A DNA stretch of 64,000 bases from Lama glama (Eukaryota), in NCBI GenBank assembly GCA_028534125.1, contig CM052816.1, forward strand, positions 100,812,001-100,876,000, given 5' to 3'. Below are positions 24,861-36,779 of this stretch, piece by piece. The position numbers were made by a program, and so were the translations under genes. Below the pieces are notes generated by a model. That model was not told the DNA's origin and ran no database searches. It saw only the letters and a program-made list of their open reading frames with translations. The number at the start of each line of letters is the position of its first letter. Position 1 is the first letter of the stretch.

Positions 24861-26427
24861 AACAAGGAGATGAGGGGAAGCGTTTAGCTGTGGTGACGGC
24901 CCCGGCCCGGCGCGGGCAAGCAGCCAGCTGAGCGCTCACGTGTGTGACGTGGCTCAGCCCTCACCCCCGGAGCCCCTGCGTGAGGGCTCTCTTTAGCCCT
25001 GATGGAGCCTCAGGAGGAGACAGACGTGGAGGGACGTCTGCAGAGGGACCCAGAACATGCTCTGAGGGTCGGATGCAGCCTCTCCACTCTGGAAGGGCTT
25101 CAGGGACACGGAAAAACCAGCTGATCTTCGAGCCCTTGGTGCCAAGATCAGGGCAGCCGCCTGCTGGAATTCCTGGTCACAGGGACATGACTGCCTTCTC
25201 CTGCAGCTCACCCTTGCTCTGAACCACATCACCCAGGACCTCAGGCGGACTGAGCTAGAGAAGGAGCCGCCAGGCTCTGGATTCATCAAATTACCGCCTG
25301 AACACTACGGTAGGGAATACGCTTGCATCTCTTGACAAACGTTGTCATCTCAGGGCAGAGCGCCGTCTCCTGCATCCCAGATGGAGCTGGTTGAATTAAG
25401 GAAAGTAACAAGGCAACTGGGGTGTCCAGACAGCAGACTGATCCACCTTCTAAGGCCTGGAAAGTTCCAGAAGGGTTTTAAACGAGAAGCTGGGAAGTCT
25501 GTGGGAGCCCTGCCTGCCGTGCGGCCAGCACCTGGGGTGGCGTTCCCACCACCTGGCGCCCCCCCCCGCCCCGCGCTTCCCACACCGCAGACACGGCGAG
25601 ATGGGGTTGTTCGGAGGGGATGTCCCCGCATCCCCAAAGAGCAAACAGAGACTGTTTCTTACACTCTCAGCTGTGTTCCTCTGGCTCAGAAACAAAGAAA
25701 CATTTCTAAAAGAGGCGTGCACACACTCACAGACCTAGCGCACAAAGCAAGCTCGCTCCAGGTGTCTGCTCCCGCACGTCCGTGCACTTTCACTGTGTAG
25801 TAGATTAAAGCGGCACTTTCTTCTTTCTTCAAAAATAAAAGCTGACACTGTAAATGCCTCTAGCACCTCATTAGAACTGTACAATAAGAACGCTGTTTCC
25901 TGGAATAAATAGCTTACAAAAGAGACGTGAAATTAAGTTCCAAGCGGGGCGGCGGTGTAATGTAAATAGAAGTTACACCACCTTCCGAAAACGCTCTCCG
26001 CCGCACGGCTGACTTGGGCTCCAAATCTTCCAGGTCATTGTTCTCAACTGACCTGGATAAGTGGGACTCACCGCTCAGTGCCACCCCCTCCCCACCCCAC
26101 GCCCCACGCCCCTCCTGGTGGCCACCGGCCTGCCTGGCCTGTGCTTCCTCTGTGTCCAGCGACCAGCACCAGCCGACGCCTGCCCCACATCCAACCCCCC
26201 ATTTCGGCACCAATTCAAGGACACACGTTACTTTAAAGGGAGAATAAAACAGAAGTCCTGGGCCGTCTGGTCAGGGACCCGCCGAGCCGGGAAGTGAAGT
26301 GAAAACATGGTCCCACCTCGCCGGGGAGGGGCGGGGCACTGGGAGCACAGCTTATGGGTCCCGGCCGGCTCCTCTACCCCCTACCTGCCCGAGTCCTGCT
26401 GGCCCTCCCCACGCTGGTGCGCCAGGC

Positions 26428-26658
26428 CAGGGGCCCTCAGCCCCAAGGCCATTGCCCGTCAGACCGGACACCTCCTCCATGTGGGCCATCCGTGCGGTGT
26501 GGGTGTTTAGTGGGCCCCCTGACCCACTAGGTGCCAGTAGCAGCCGTCCCCTGTGCACCCTCTCCCCAGCTTTGACAATCAAAAGTGTCTCCAGACACTG
26601 CTACATGTCTGGGGGGCGGGCAGTGGAGGGCAAAGACACATCCAGGTGAGAACCACTG
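26428..26658 (-). mobile_element. MER20 hAT-Charlie DNA transposon
   Basis: acccactaggtgccagtagca...tgacaatcaaaagtgtctccagacactgc...gagaaccactg matches reverse MER20, including the terminal repeat. Confidence 0.9.
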
Positions 26659-28910
26659 CGTCAGACCCGTCTGACCCAGGGCTAAACCTGTGACGGCGGA
26701 AGAGGTCACCGCATCCGTCAGCGCGCAGCCCGGTGCTTCCCTTACCAAACCGCGCTGAGTGAGAACCAGGTGCTTGTGTGCGAGATTTAAAAAAAAAAAG
26801 TGAGCTAAGCAAACTAGATAATAGATAATAAATAGACGGGTAGATTAAAAACTTAAAGCTGACAATGGTGTAAAAAGCAGTAAAAGTGCATTCGGGAATC
26901 TGGGTTTATACTGAAACTTGAATGAAGTGGAAAGACTTTGTGCTTGTGTACGCCCCATGTTGGCACTGACTTGTGCCCTGACTTCCAAAAAGCTAGAAAC
27001 TTCGAGAAAAGGTGGCTCAGGTGATCTGGGAGAGCAGGGACGCAGCCCTTCCTCCCGCACAGCACGAGGTCTCCCGGAGACAGAGCCCGGCCCCCTGCGC
27101 CTCCAGCCTCCGCCCCAAGTGCTTCAGCAGCCCCGCTGCTTCTCATTCCTGCCGCTGGAATCCATCCGCTCCCGCTTCTCCACCGGGCACGACGACCTGT
27201 CACTCGTGTGCTGGACGGTTAGCCCCACGGGGCCACAGGGGGCGTGAGGGCACCGGCTTCAGCAGTGCCCCCTCGCCCCGCGCCATGGCCTTGCCCGCAG
27301 ATGCCGGCCTGACTGGGGCGGGGGTCCTTCTTGGTAAACACGGAAGCCCCCGCCCGTCGCGAGGTTTGAACTGGCCTCTCTCGCCTCAGCTGTCCCCACG
27401 CCTGCGCCCCCGCCTCCGGTTCCCTCCGCAGCCTGCCCTGGACGCCGGCAGAGCTGTCCCGTAGCGGAGCTGTCACGGGAGCGGTCCCGCCCCGGAGCAG
27501 GCCTGCCGGACGCGAGCGCTTCAGTCACGGCCTTTCTAGAAGCAGGCTGCGGGGGGCCAGCTGAGCGTCCCTCGCCTTTCAGAACCGCGTCCCTGTCTCC
27601 GCCCCTCCTGCTCCAGCCCTGCTGTTTCCAGAATGGAAACATCAGCAAGACGAGCCTTAGCGGTGCGCCCTCCAGGTTGACCATGCTGCTCACGGCGACG
27701 TAGTGACATCACACGTGGAGGCAGGGACTGTGGGGCCAAAACCAGTGCTGGACGCACATCCCAGCGGCCGGAGCCCTGGGCGGCGGGCAGGTCAGAAGCC
27801 GGAGGCCGGGACCCAGCACGCGTGGTGGCTCGGTCAGATGCCTCGTGACCGCCAGGAAAGAGGAAGGCCGCGAAGCATCGTCAGCGCCGCCTGCACGGCG
27901 CGACCTACATGTGTTTACTTAATAAGCAGAAGACGGCTTTGTTACACACGTTTGATTTCCACGTGTAGCCGTTTCCTTATCTGTCGCTGGTATCTGAGCG
28001 GGGCGCTTTCTCCGAATCTGCAAATGAAAAATGCAGCGCCGGGCACAGGAAACTCATTTAATGTCGAGTGCAGTCAAAATCAGGATTTCTTTATTTGTAG
28101 TAACAACGCTGTTAAATCAGAAAGCCACCCTCCCTTCCTGCGTGTCCTTCTTCCTTCACGACTCAGCTGTTTGATCGTAAATTGTTGAGTGTCGACTTGT
28201 CTCGTCCGTTCCCCGCACCGGCCAAGACAGATTAAAACCCCGCACAGCGCCGACCCGCCTCGGCATACCATTAGCATATATATGAGATTTGAGACATTTT
28301 CTAATATTCTCTAGCAGAACTCATCTGTCAGCCAGGTGATGAATTATAAAATCTCTTAGCTTGTTTGGGAAATAAAAGGGGGGGCGAAAGAGAGGGGAAG
28401 GCAGGGCCCTGATCCCTTCCCTGTGCAGGGCTGGGGGTCACAACCACCCACGGGGGCATCCCACACAGAGACCACCTTTGGGGACAGGGCCCCGTGACAT
28501 GGTCCCCGCTGGAAGACGCGACTGAACCCACATTCGAGAGGTCCCGAAACACGACGCTTGAGCTTCGAAGATGCGTGCCTCTCGGGTTAACGGAACTTGA
28601 AAATTTGAATTCAAGGCTTCAGCCCTGGATCCAGTCAGATGCGGCACCCTGCCTGCTGGGCTGAGGGGCCCCCAGAGCACGTGGATGTGAGGAGGGGAGG
28701 GTGTCGGGGGCCAACTCGATTCGTTTCCATGGCCCCACCCCACCACCCCGGCCACCCAGGCACCTCCGAGGCCTCGGCCGGTCGTCCCCCGGGGAGCATC
28801 GGTGGAACGAAGTTGCAACTGTGTCTAGCAAACCCTGTTCTCAGGATCTCAATTCCAAGCAATCAGTTTGGGGCTTCCTCCCTAAGCGTGACAGAGAGGC
28901 TCAGAGACGT

Positions 28911-29243
28911 AGTCTTATCCCCTTGGGCTGCTGCAACCAACCCCCCCGACCGCACGGCCCATGAGTAACGGAGCGCGCTTCCCGCAGCTCGGGAGGCCGG
29001 GCGTCCGAGACCAGGGCGCCGGCGCGCTGGGGCCCTTCCTGCTTCAGAGGTTCTCCTGCGTCCTCACGGGCGGGAGGGGCTACGAAGCTCCAGAGTGTCT
29101 TGTATGAAGACCCCGATCCCATCCACGGGGCTCCTCCCCATAACCTGATCACCCCACCAAAAGGCCTCACCTCCAAGCGCCATCACTGGGGGTTAGGATC
29201 CCCACACACGGATCTGGGGGACACGAGCACTCAGACCATAGCA
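28911..29243 (-). mobile_element. MLT1A-type (MaLR) solo LTR
   Basis: gtcttatccccttgggctgctgcaac start; acctgatcacccc...catcactgggggttaggat...cactcagaccatagca end. Confidence 0.9.
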
Positions 29244-30149
29244 GGGACCTAACGGCAGAAACGTTTATGATCTGAGTCACTTACGCTGATGAGACTCAGT
29301 AACTGTTCAGGCCTCAGAACCTCTCCGGGGTCTCTCGTTCCCGGGAACTAGGGAGAGTTCACCCTCACGTGGGGCCTGTCCTCAGCCGCACGGACGCCCC
29401 CCTCAGCCCCAGCTGTCAGGAGCCCCTGCAGAGCAGGCCGGGCGTCTGGGGTGCGTCCCCGCTCCAGGATGCTCCCCCCCACGAGGCCTCCCCCGAAGAC
29501 GGGCCTCACCTGTCACCCTCGGGCACGTCTCTGGGGGCATCTGTGGGTTTTCGCTCTGTGATTGGTCAACACTGAGCTCCTATTTCTAATGCAGAGACCA
29601 CCACCAGGTGTGGTACGGTCCCCATTTCTGTCTTGTTTTATTAGCAGAAGCCCCTGCAGACGGAGTCCGAGTGGCGTCGGCTGCTCAGGCTGCATGGTCC
29701 CGGTGCGCGGTGAGGGGTATGTCCGCGGCTTTCTCAGCGGGAGGGCCGGGTGGGAGCTGCGTGGCCGGGGGCACCGCCAGGGCAGGACGAGCTGGTGGGA
29801 GCAGTACCCCGTAAGGAGGATGTAGGGCAGGGGCCTGGGGACACTGATGCTGGCAAACGTGGACAGAGGGCCCCACACACGTGGAGGGGAGCGGGCCACG
29901 CTCGTCCTGGGAGGTGGGGGCTGTCGGACAGCCAGCAGGTTGTCAGCAGCGGGCTCTGCGGAGGCACGTGGGCCACCCTAACGTGCAGACATCAGCAAAC
30001 TCAAGCATAAGCAGTCTTTTGGGAGATGGCGTTAACGTCAAGGTGTGCGTCTGGGGCCAAGCAGGCTTAGATGGGTCACTTTGCGTTCCCGGCACGTCCA
30101 GCAGCGCCAGCAGGGAGCCAGCGTCCAGTCAGCGTTTACTTCGGTGAAG

Positions 30150-30270
30150 TGAGAGATGAGAGCAATTCATGGGTGACCATGCTTCCCCATCTTGATGAAA
30201 AGGTGAAGTGTCTTCCGGAACATAGTCCAAGATCAGGAAACAGCCGCAGAGCAGGACCCGTCGCCTCACC
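30150..30270 (-). mobile_element. MIR fragment
   Basis: ttccccatcttgatgaaaaggtgaag...tccaagatcagg resembles the antisense MIR core. Confidence 0.45.
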
Positions 30271-31789
30271 CACCATCTCTCTGACTATGGCAGGACCGTG
30301 GCGTCCGAGCCGAGGAGTCCCGGGCCCGGGCGGACCAGCCCGGCTCCACGGCTGCCCATGCCCCGGGGCCTGTGCCCGCTGGGCACGGCTTCCTCGGAGC
30401 CGGGTCGTCCTGTTTGTCTCAGTGTCACCCCCAGCATTCATTCAGGGGAAGGAGGCAGGCATCTCCCTGACTTCTTAGGGAAAAGGCTCATCTGTGAGGC
30501 CCCCGCAGGCAGGGTCTCGAGGGGGAGGTCACTTAGGGCCCCCCTACTGCCACGAGCAGCAGAGAGGGGGCTCAGCCCTGGGGGCCCAGGAGGAAGGGCT
30601 GTGGCCGGGCTCCAGGGCAGGGGAGGCGTGTGCCTCCCCGTGGCCACTCTCGAGACAGAGTAGACGGGGTGGAGCCGTCATGAGGCGGAGGCGGCCCGCA
30701 GAGGTGAACTGAAATCTCCTTTTCCACGACAGGAGTGCTTGCGGACCCAGACACCTGCGCCTCTCACCTGCCAGCTTTCCAGAGGCTCAGGTCTGGGCAC
30801 CACACACACCCTGGGGATTAGCTGGACATCAGACATGGCTTTTTGCACACAGGACCCTGGCCACGCTAGGAGGGCAGCCTGGAGAGGGAGGCCTGGACAC
30901 AGGCGGGAGCCGGGTCAGGAAGGTGGGGCCCCGAGCAGCTGAGATGGACTCTCCCGGAGCAGAAGGAGGCCGGGGGCTGGTTCCCAGCCCCTTAACAGCT
31001 GTGTGGGCCATTTCACGAAGGCCGGAGCCCCCACTCGTGGTCTCGGGCAGTGACCGCAGCCCAGGTGCAGCTGAGCTCCCAGGTGGATGAGGCAGTTGGT
31101 GTGACAGCTCGGACTTCTCTCCGCTCCTGCTGACCTCCCGTGTGTCCAGGGTTCCCCCGGGCCATGAGCACAGTGCCCAGATGGTGGCCCACTGGGCTCG
31201 AGGGGCGTGATGTCACCCTCTTCCTCTGTGTCCCCCTTGGCTCCCAGGCAACAATAGAGGGCAGATCAGATTAAGATGGCCAGTGACACTGGGTCCCGCA
31301 GCAGATGAGGGGGCTCCTTGGATGGAGGTGTAAACAGAAGATGCTGCAGCCAACTTGGGTCCCACACGGGGCAGTGAGGGGACAGGCCAGCGGCTGGACG
31401 GCGCCCTCAGCTTCTCCATGGAACAGAGCAGTGCGCGTTTAGCAGGCCCACTCCACGGACGTGGGACGCCTCCCGAGACAAACACACAAGCGTGTGCGCC
31501 TGTGTGCCTTCTCAGGGGCCCACCCAGAAGGCCCGCAGGGGAGAAACTGTCTTTTTGTGGAAGCACACAGTGAAGCCCTCTGGGTAGAGAGTGGGCCCTG
31601 AAGGCAGGGGCATACACACTCGGCACAGACAACCCAAGGAGCTCTTAGCTGTAGAACTAATCATATGAAAATTAGGTTGTTTAAAATTTTGCTCCTGCAA
31701 GGGAGAGAAGGGAAAGTGGACGAGAATGCCTTTCACCCACTCACCTGACACACTCTGAATGCACAGCCGCTGTGTCTGGAGAACAGCTC

Positions 31790-32930
31790 ACGGGTTCCAG
31801 AGTAAAGTGACCAGAGCGGAAAACTGAGGGCAAATTGCTGGGCACACAGTTAGATGGGGAGTGGGGAGAACCAAAGAAACAAATCCATGGAATATATGGG
31901 GAGGTGATAAGGGCCAAGGAGACACACCAAGCAGGGAAGGGGGGCATGGGGTGGGGAGTACCCATGAAGTGGAGTAGCCATGGGGTGGAGTAGCCACAGG
32001 GTGGAGTAGACTTGCTTTGGAGTAGCCATGGGGTGGAGTAGCCATGGGGTGGAGTAGCCACGGGGTGGAGTAGACTTGCTTTGGAGTAGCCATGGGGTGG
32101 ATTAGACTTGCTTTGGAGTAGCCATGGGGTGGAGTAGCCACAGGGTGGAGTAGACTTGCATTCTAGTAGCCATAGAGGGCTTCACTGAGGAGGTGACATT
32201 TGAGCAGACAGGAATGGGACAGGGGGAAGAGAAGCCCAGCATGGAGGGGAGAAGGAGATCCTGGGTGTGAGACCATGCTGAGCACCATCCAAATTCAGCA
32301 AGGACCCGACATGGCCAAGAACGTGAGTGAAGCTGAGCAGCAGCCAGACAGGTGAGGGGAGCTGCAGATGGTGGGTCTGGACGCACTGAGCACAAAGCTG
32401 GCTCTCACCCGGAGGGGCAGGGCCTCTCCAGGATCACCCTGGCTGCTGGTGGGGGACAGATTGCTGGGGACGAGCAGACGCAGAGGACCCACGGCACAGT
32501 CTGCAGTGCTCTGGGTGAGTGCTGGTGGGCCGAGGCTATTGAGACCAGGTGAGTGGGGAGAACGGTGGGCCGGCAGTTTGGCCGTCGACTGGATGTGGGC
32601 TCCGGAGATGCAGAGAAGCCAAGACCGATCTGAAGCTTGGGACCCAAGCCGCCAGGAGGAAAGCCCTGCGGTGAGCTGAGAGGGGCTGACGGGGCCTGGG
32701 AGCAGGGGTGGGAGGGAGGTGGGGATCGGGTCAGCACAGACGGGCTTTGCGTGCTGACTTCCTGCGGAAGCGGTCATCCAGGGCACAGGTGGGGGGGGTC
32801 TGCCTTTTGGGGAGGGTGTCCATGGCTGGAGATGCAGCTTTGGATTTATCTGCATATAAAGGAGATCTGAATTTCTTGCAAAGGACTGAAACCATTGAGG
32901 GTGAGGCTGGGAGCCTCCAAAATCCAGAAG
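31790..32930 (-). mobile_element. L2 LINE remnant interrupted by a minisatellite
   Basis: gagggcttcactgaggaggtgacatttgagcagac is a classic antisense L2a segment; also ggatcaccctggctgct and actggatgtggg. Confidence 0.8.
31954..32177. repeat. 16-bp minisatellite, ~14 units, two variant classes
   Basis: Units TGGAGTAGCCATGGGG / TGGAGTAGCCACAGGG / TGGAGTAGACTTGCTT in exact 16-bp phase from 31970. Confidence 0.95.
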
Positions 32931-33029
32931 CAGTTGACACTGCCAGTAAGGAGAGGAGAGCAGAGGTCAGGGCAGCTCTGCCCCTGGTGCCATGTCTACC
33001 CACCTCCGTCCCCTCCCAACACATGCCGC

Positions 33030-33170
33030 AGCTTCCTTGTCTGACCTGGTATCTGCCTCCCCACCTGGAACCAGAGCCCAGCAGTGTTGCAGTTTGGGTT
33101 TGCTTCCTGCACGGTGTGGATATGCAGGTGGGAAGTTCAGTAAACACTGGCTGAACACATCAGTGAATGA
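33030..33170 (+). mobile_element. L2 3' end fragment
   Basis: tatctgcctccccacctggaa...ttcagtaaacactggctgaacacatcagtgaatga resembles the L2 tail. Confidence 0.55.
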
Positions 33171-34466
33171 CGGGGGCTCCTGGGAGCCAGCAGAAGTTTC
33201 CAGACAGGAGGGAGAGTCTGGCTGTGTGGGAGGTGCTGCTGCTACTGTGGATAAAACGCAGACTCAGTGGCCAAAGGAGAAGGAGCCCGACTGGGAGACT
33301 CAAGAGAGATGGAGAGAGAAGGCGGGGCCCCCGGGCTTTGTGGGACAGAAGCCCAAAAGGAGCGCTGGATGAGGTCAAGGAGGTGGCTGGTGTCTGCCCT
33401 GAAACCCAGGGGAAGAGGTGGCAAAAAGCCAGCATCCTTATCAGGGAAACATCTGGCAAGAAGTCCCAGTGACAGGGCTGGGGGAGAGAAACTCTCATAA
33501 GAGCAGGCACCTCTGATGTGTGGTTTGTGCTGTTTAAGCACCAGCATGTCCTGTGACCTCCATGAATCACGTGATCATGGCCCATGAGACCACATCTCAC
33601 ACGGCATGCGTGGTAACTGCTTCCACTGCCTGCCTGTCTGCCCTCCCCACCGTGCACCCTGAGTGTACCGCAGCGCTGGGAAAGGCTGAGCCAAAGGAGG
33701 GGCGACTACAGAGGGAGGGAGAAAGTTTCAATGTGCTGCGACAGTCCCCAAGTATTCAAACTCCAAAGTGAGCTGTTATTTTTACTCAGAGCCCAATCCC
33801 TTTTAATGACATTTTTTGAAGCAGAAAGGAAAGAGAACATTTGCCAAGTATTTGGTAAATAAATCAACATTTCAAACCTCGTGTGCAGCACAGGGGCCTT
33901 GATGGTGCCTCAGCTGCTGGGCGGATGCTGAGTGGGCACTTCTGTCCGGCTCTGGACAGTCTGCCTGAGGCCTAGCGCTCTGACCCCTCCTAGCCATGAG
34001 CATGGGCCCCGCGTGGCTCCCCGCTGGGCTGTCGCAAGATTCCCGTGAAACAACACACGTCAAAGTGCCAGCAGAGCCCGCCTGCCACCTCCCCGTGGGG
34101 GAGCTCACAGCACGCAGCCCATTTCCGTGCTTCTCATTCTGTTTTACTGCAGTTCTTTCCTGTAAACTGCACCGTTCCCTGACCACACACTGTCCAGACT
34201 TTAGCAGTGCGGTTTGTTCTGGAACCTGAATGAGAAGTACACCAGCAGATTGCAGGCATTCTGACCTGAGTAATCTGTTTGAGGACGTGAAGTAAGACTG
34301 TGCCTCAATTCTGTTTCCCTGCTGGTTCTCTATTAGGCAACACTGCTTTTGTCCAAGGATGAAAATAGGAAGACGGAGGTGGTGTCCCAGCAGTTCTCTC
34401 TCAGGTCTTCTCACACCTGCCTCCCCCTCAGCTCCAGGCAGCTGCCACGCTGTGTCTTAGTGGTTT

Positions 34467-35075
34467 TGTTACTGAGTGGAACTTGCAGCCACTTACCACA
34501 CACAGCAACGCCAACCTCCTGCCCCCAGGTGGTGGTGAGGGGAAGTGCAGGGTTTATTGCAGGCGCCCAGCAAGGGGTCCAGGCAGCTGGAGCTCAAAGG
34601 GCCTGAATGCCCCACGGCTCTCAGGGGAGGGTTTAAAGATGGGGAGGAGGGGCTGCGGGGGGCGTGGTCAGCTCGTGGACGCTGTTCTGAGTGGTCGGTG
34701 GGGAGGTCACCGGGCGTCGGCATCATCCATCTTCTGGTTCCAGCTGATCTGGGTCCACGTGTGGGGGGCAGCACGTAGTCAGCCTCTTCCCCTTGGCGGG
34801 ACCTCGGTGTCCGCAGAACAGCTCAAAGGATGAGGCTCAGAGCATTACCCACAGCCCTTGAGGAGCAACTAAAGGTCCTTGACTGTTTAATGGCTGAACT
34901 ATGACTAGTTTGTCTTGCTTGACTGTTTTCCTCTGTGTCTGCGTTTTCTCACTTCTCTGATTAAATTTATTCGTTGGAACTCGAAGAAGCCTAGAGAGCT
35001 AAGGTTTTCTACAGACAAGAGGCAGGTGGAGGACACGGGGGTCTGTCCTGAGACACGATGAGCTGTCACAGAGTT
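34467..35075 (-). mobile_element. Solo ERV LTR (ERV1-like, of a type seen in cetartiodactyls)
   Basis: Begins TGTTACTGA; gtttattgcagg (AATAAA on the minus strand); aaaggtccttgactgtttaatggct...ttttctcacttctctgattaaatttattc...ttttctacagacaagaggcagg match a remembered LTR; subfamily not named. Confidence 0.8.
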
Positions 35076-35729
35076 CAAGCTTCTGAAATACAATCTTATC
35101 CTGTCTTTGCTCCCAGAGACCTCCAGGTGCTTCCTCTGTTCCAGAATGAAGCCTCAGTGCCACACCCGTGTTCAGAGAGCCTGCCAGCAGGCCCACACGC
35201 CCATCAGGGGCCGCCCGCCACACCCACCTCTGAAATCCGTGGGGCTGATTTATTGAGGTGGGAGCACGTGGGGACCCTTTGGCCGCGTGTCACTCCCAGC
35301 CAGGCCCTGGACTCCATCCCGGCCTCCCAGGCACCTTGACCAAATCCCTGGGCTCCCGGTCCCTGGTTCCAAGTGGTGCTCATTTATGATATGAAGACCT
35401 CCAGCCTGGCTGAGTCAAAGCCTCAGGGTCTCACGCGGCTCAGACCCTCGCCTCCCTCCACCTCAGGTCGGACCCGCAGCTCAGCCCTGCAGTGGGATGG
35501 GCCCCCATAGGGCTTCAGCTTCTCGCACTTCCTCTCCCAGGGTCCAGCCTTCAGGGCCTGCGGTGCTGGGTCTGTCCCCGGCCACCAGTCATCTGCTTTT
35601 GTGGGTGTGCCTGTGGGAAGGACCGTCTCCACAGGGAACCCCTTTTCCTTGTCCCGATGCAGAGGGGGCCACACTCTGGGACAGCCCATGCCGGCCACCT
35701 CTGGCTGCATCACACCTACCCCGTGCTCT

Positions 35730-36070
35730 GCGACTCAGGTGGTAGGTTCCCAAGGGCTCATGAGGTGACCGGTCAACTCAGCAAGTCTGCAGACCTGGGC
35801 CGGGCTGGCCTCTGCGGGGCCTGGGGTGGCCCCGGTCACCTGACAGGAGGGCAGCCAGCTGTCAGCAGGGCCACGGGCCTGCCTTCACCCACCAGGCCAG
35901 CTCGGGCTGGTTCACACGATGATCTCAAGTCAGCCAGCAGGGTCCTGGGCCCGGGACTGTCTCACAGTCACCCTGCCAGCTTCTGTTGGCCAAACACACA
36001 CAAGGGACCAGCCCAGACTCAGCGTGGGGTGTACACGATGGGTCTTCACATCCCATCACAAGAGGCGGGT
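35730..36070 (-). mobile_element. MLT1-family LTR remnant
   Basis: cagtcaccctgccagcttctgttggccaaa...accagcccagactca resembles antisense MLT1 tcacttccgccacattctattggccaaagcaagtcacaaggccagcccagattca. Confidence 0.65.
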
Positions 36071-36779
36071 ATCCCAGCACGAGGGTGACTGTGGACAGAC
36101 ATCGTGCTGGGAACCCAAACACCAGGCAGGAGGGGCTGCTGGTCAGGATGGCTCGAGCCCACCCCTCCACAACCGCCACTGCCACGGAGACTCAGCACCC
36201 CAGCCGGGCTGCCGGGCCCTCGGCCTCACCCGCAGCCACGGCTTCCAGCCACCTGCCCTCCGGGAGCTCCTGGGCAGAGTCTCTTGGCCGCCCACCTACA
36301 GAGTCTCAAGTGGCACTTCAGGGGGTCCTAAGAATGGTCTCAGAGCATCCTCCTCAGGCCCTGGGCAGCAGCACAAAGACCAGCCCCCCACCGCTCAGTC
36401 CGAGCCCCCGATAAGAGCCCCAGTCCCACGAACGCTGTCCTTGGAGGCCCTGGATCTGTGGGGGGTCAGGGAGCACTCCTCCCCGACAGGCAAGGGTGGG
36501 GCAGAAAGCCAGAGAGCATCCGCGCACACGGAGGCCACGCCTCCTCCCGAGTCTCCACCCCTTCCCGTGGCGGGTGGGAGTCACCGAGACCAGGGGTGGG
36601 GCAGCCCAGCCCCTCCCAGTGGGGAGCCTTGTCTCCAGCCTGGAGCGCGGCTGGAGGCCCCACTTCACTTCCTCTTGGGCAGGTCACCCAGGCTCCTGAC
36701 TCCTCGTTCTGCTCCTGGTCATAACGGAGCTCGCTGTTCCGTAACTTCCACGACAGAGACACCAGCGTTCTGCCCGCGC

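Noticed and set aside
31954-32177. CRISPR-like constant/variable alternation, and the ORFs with repeated ATPPHGYS
   Set aside because: The constant part is only 8 bp, the variable parts recur rather than being unique spacers, there are no cas genes, and the context is mammalian; it is a minisatellite
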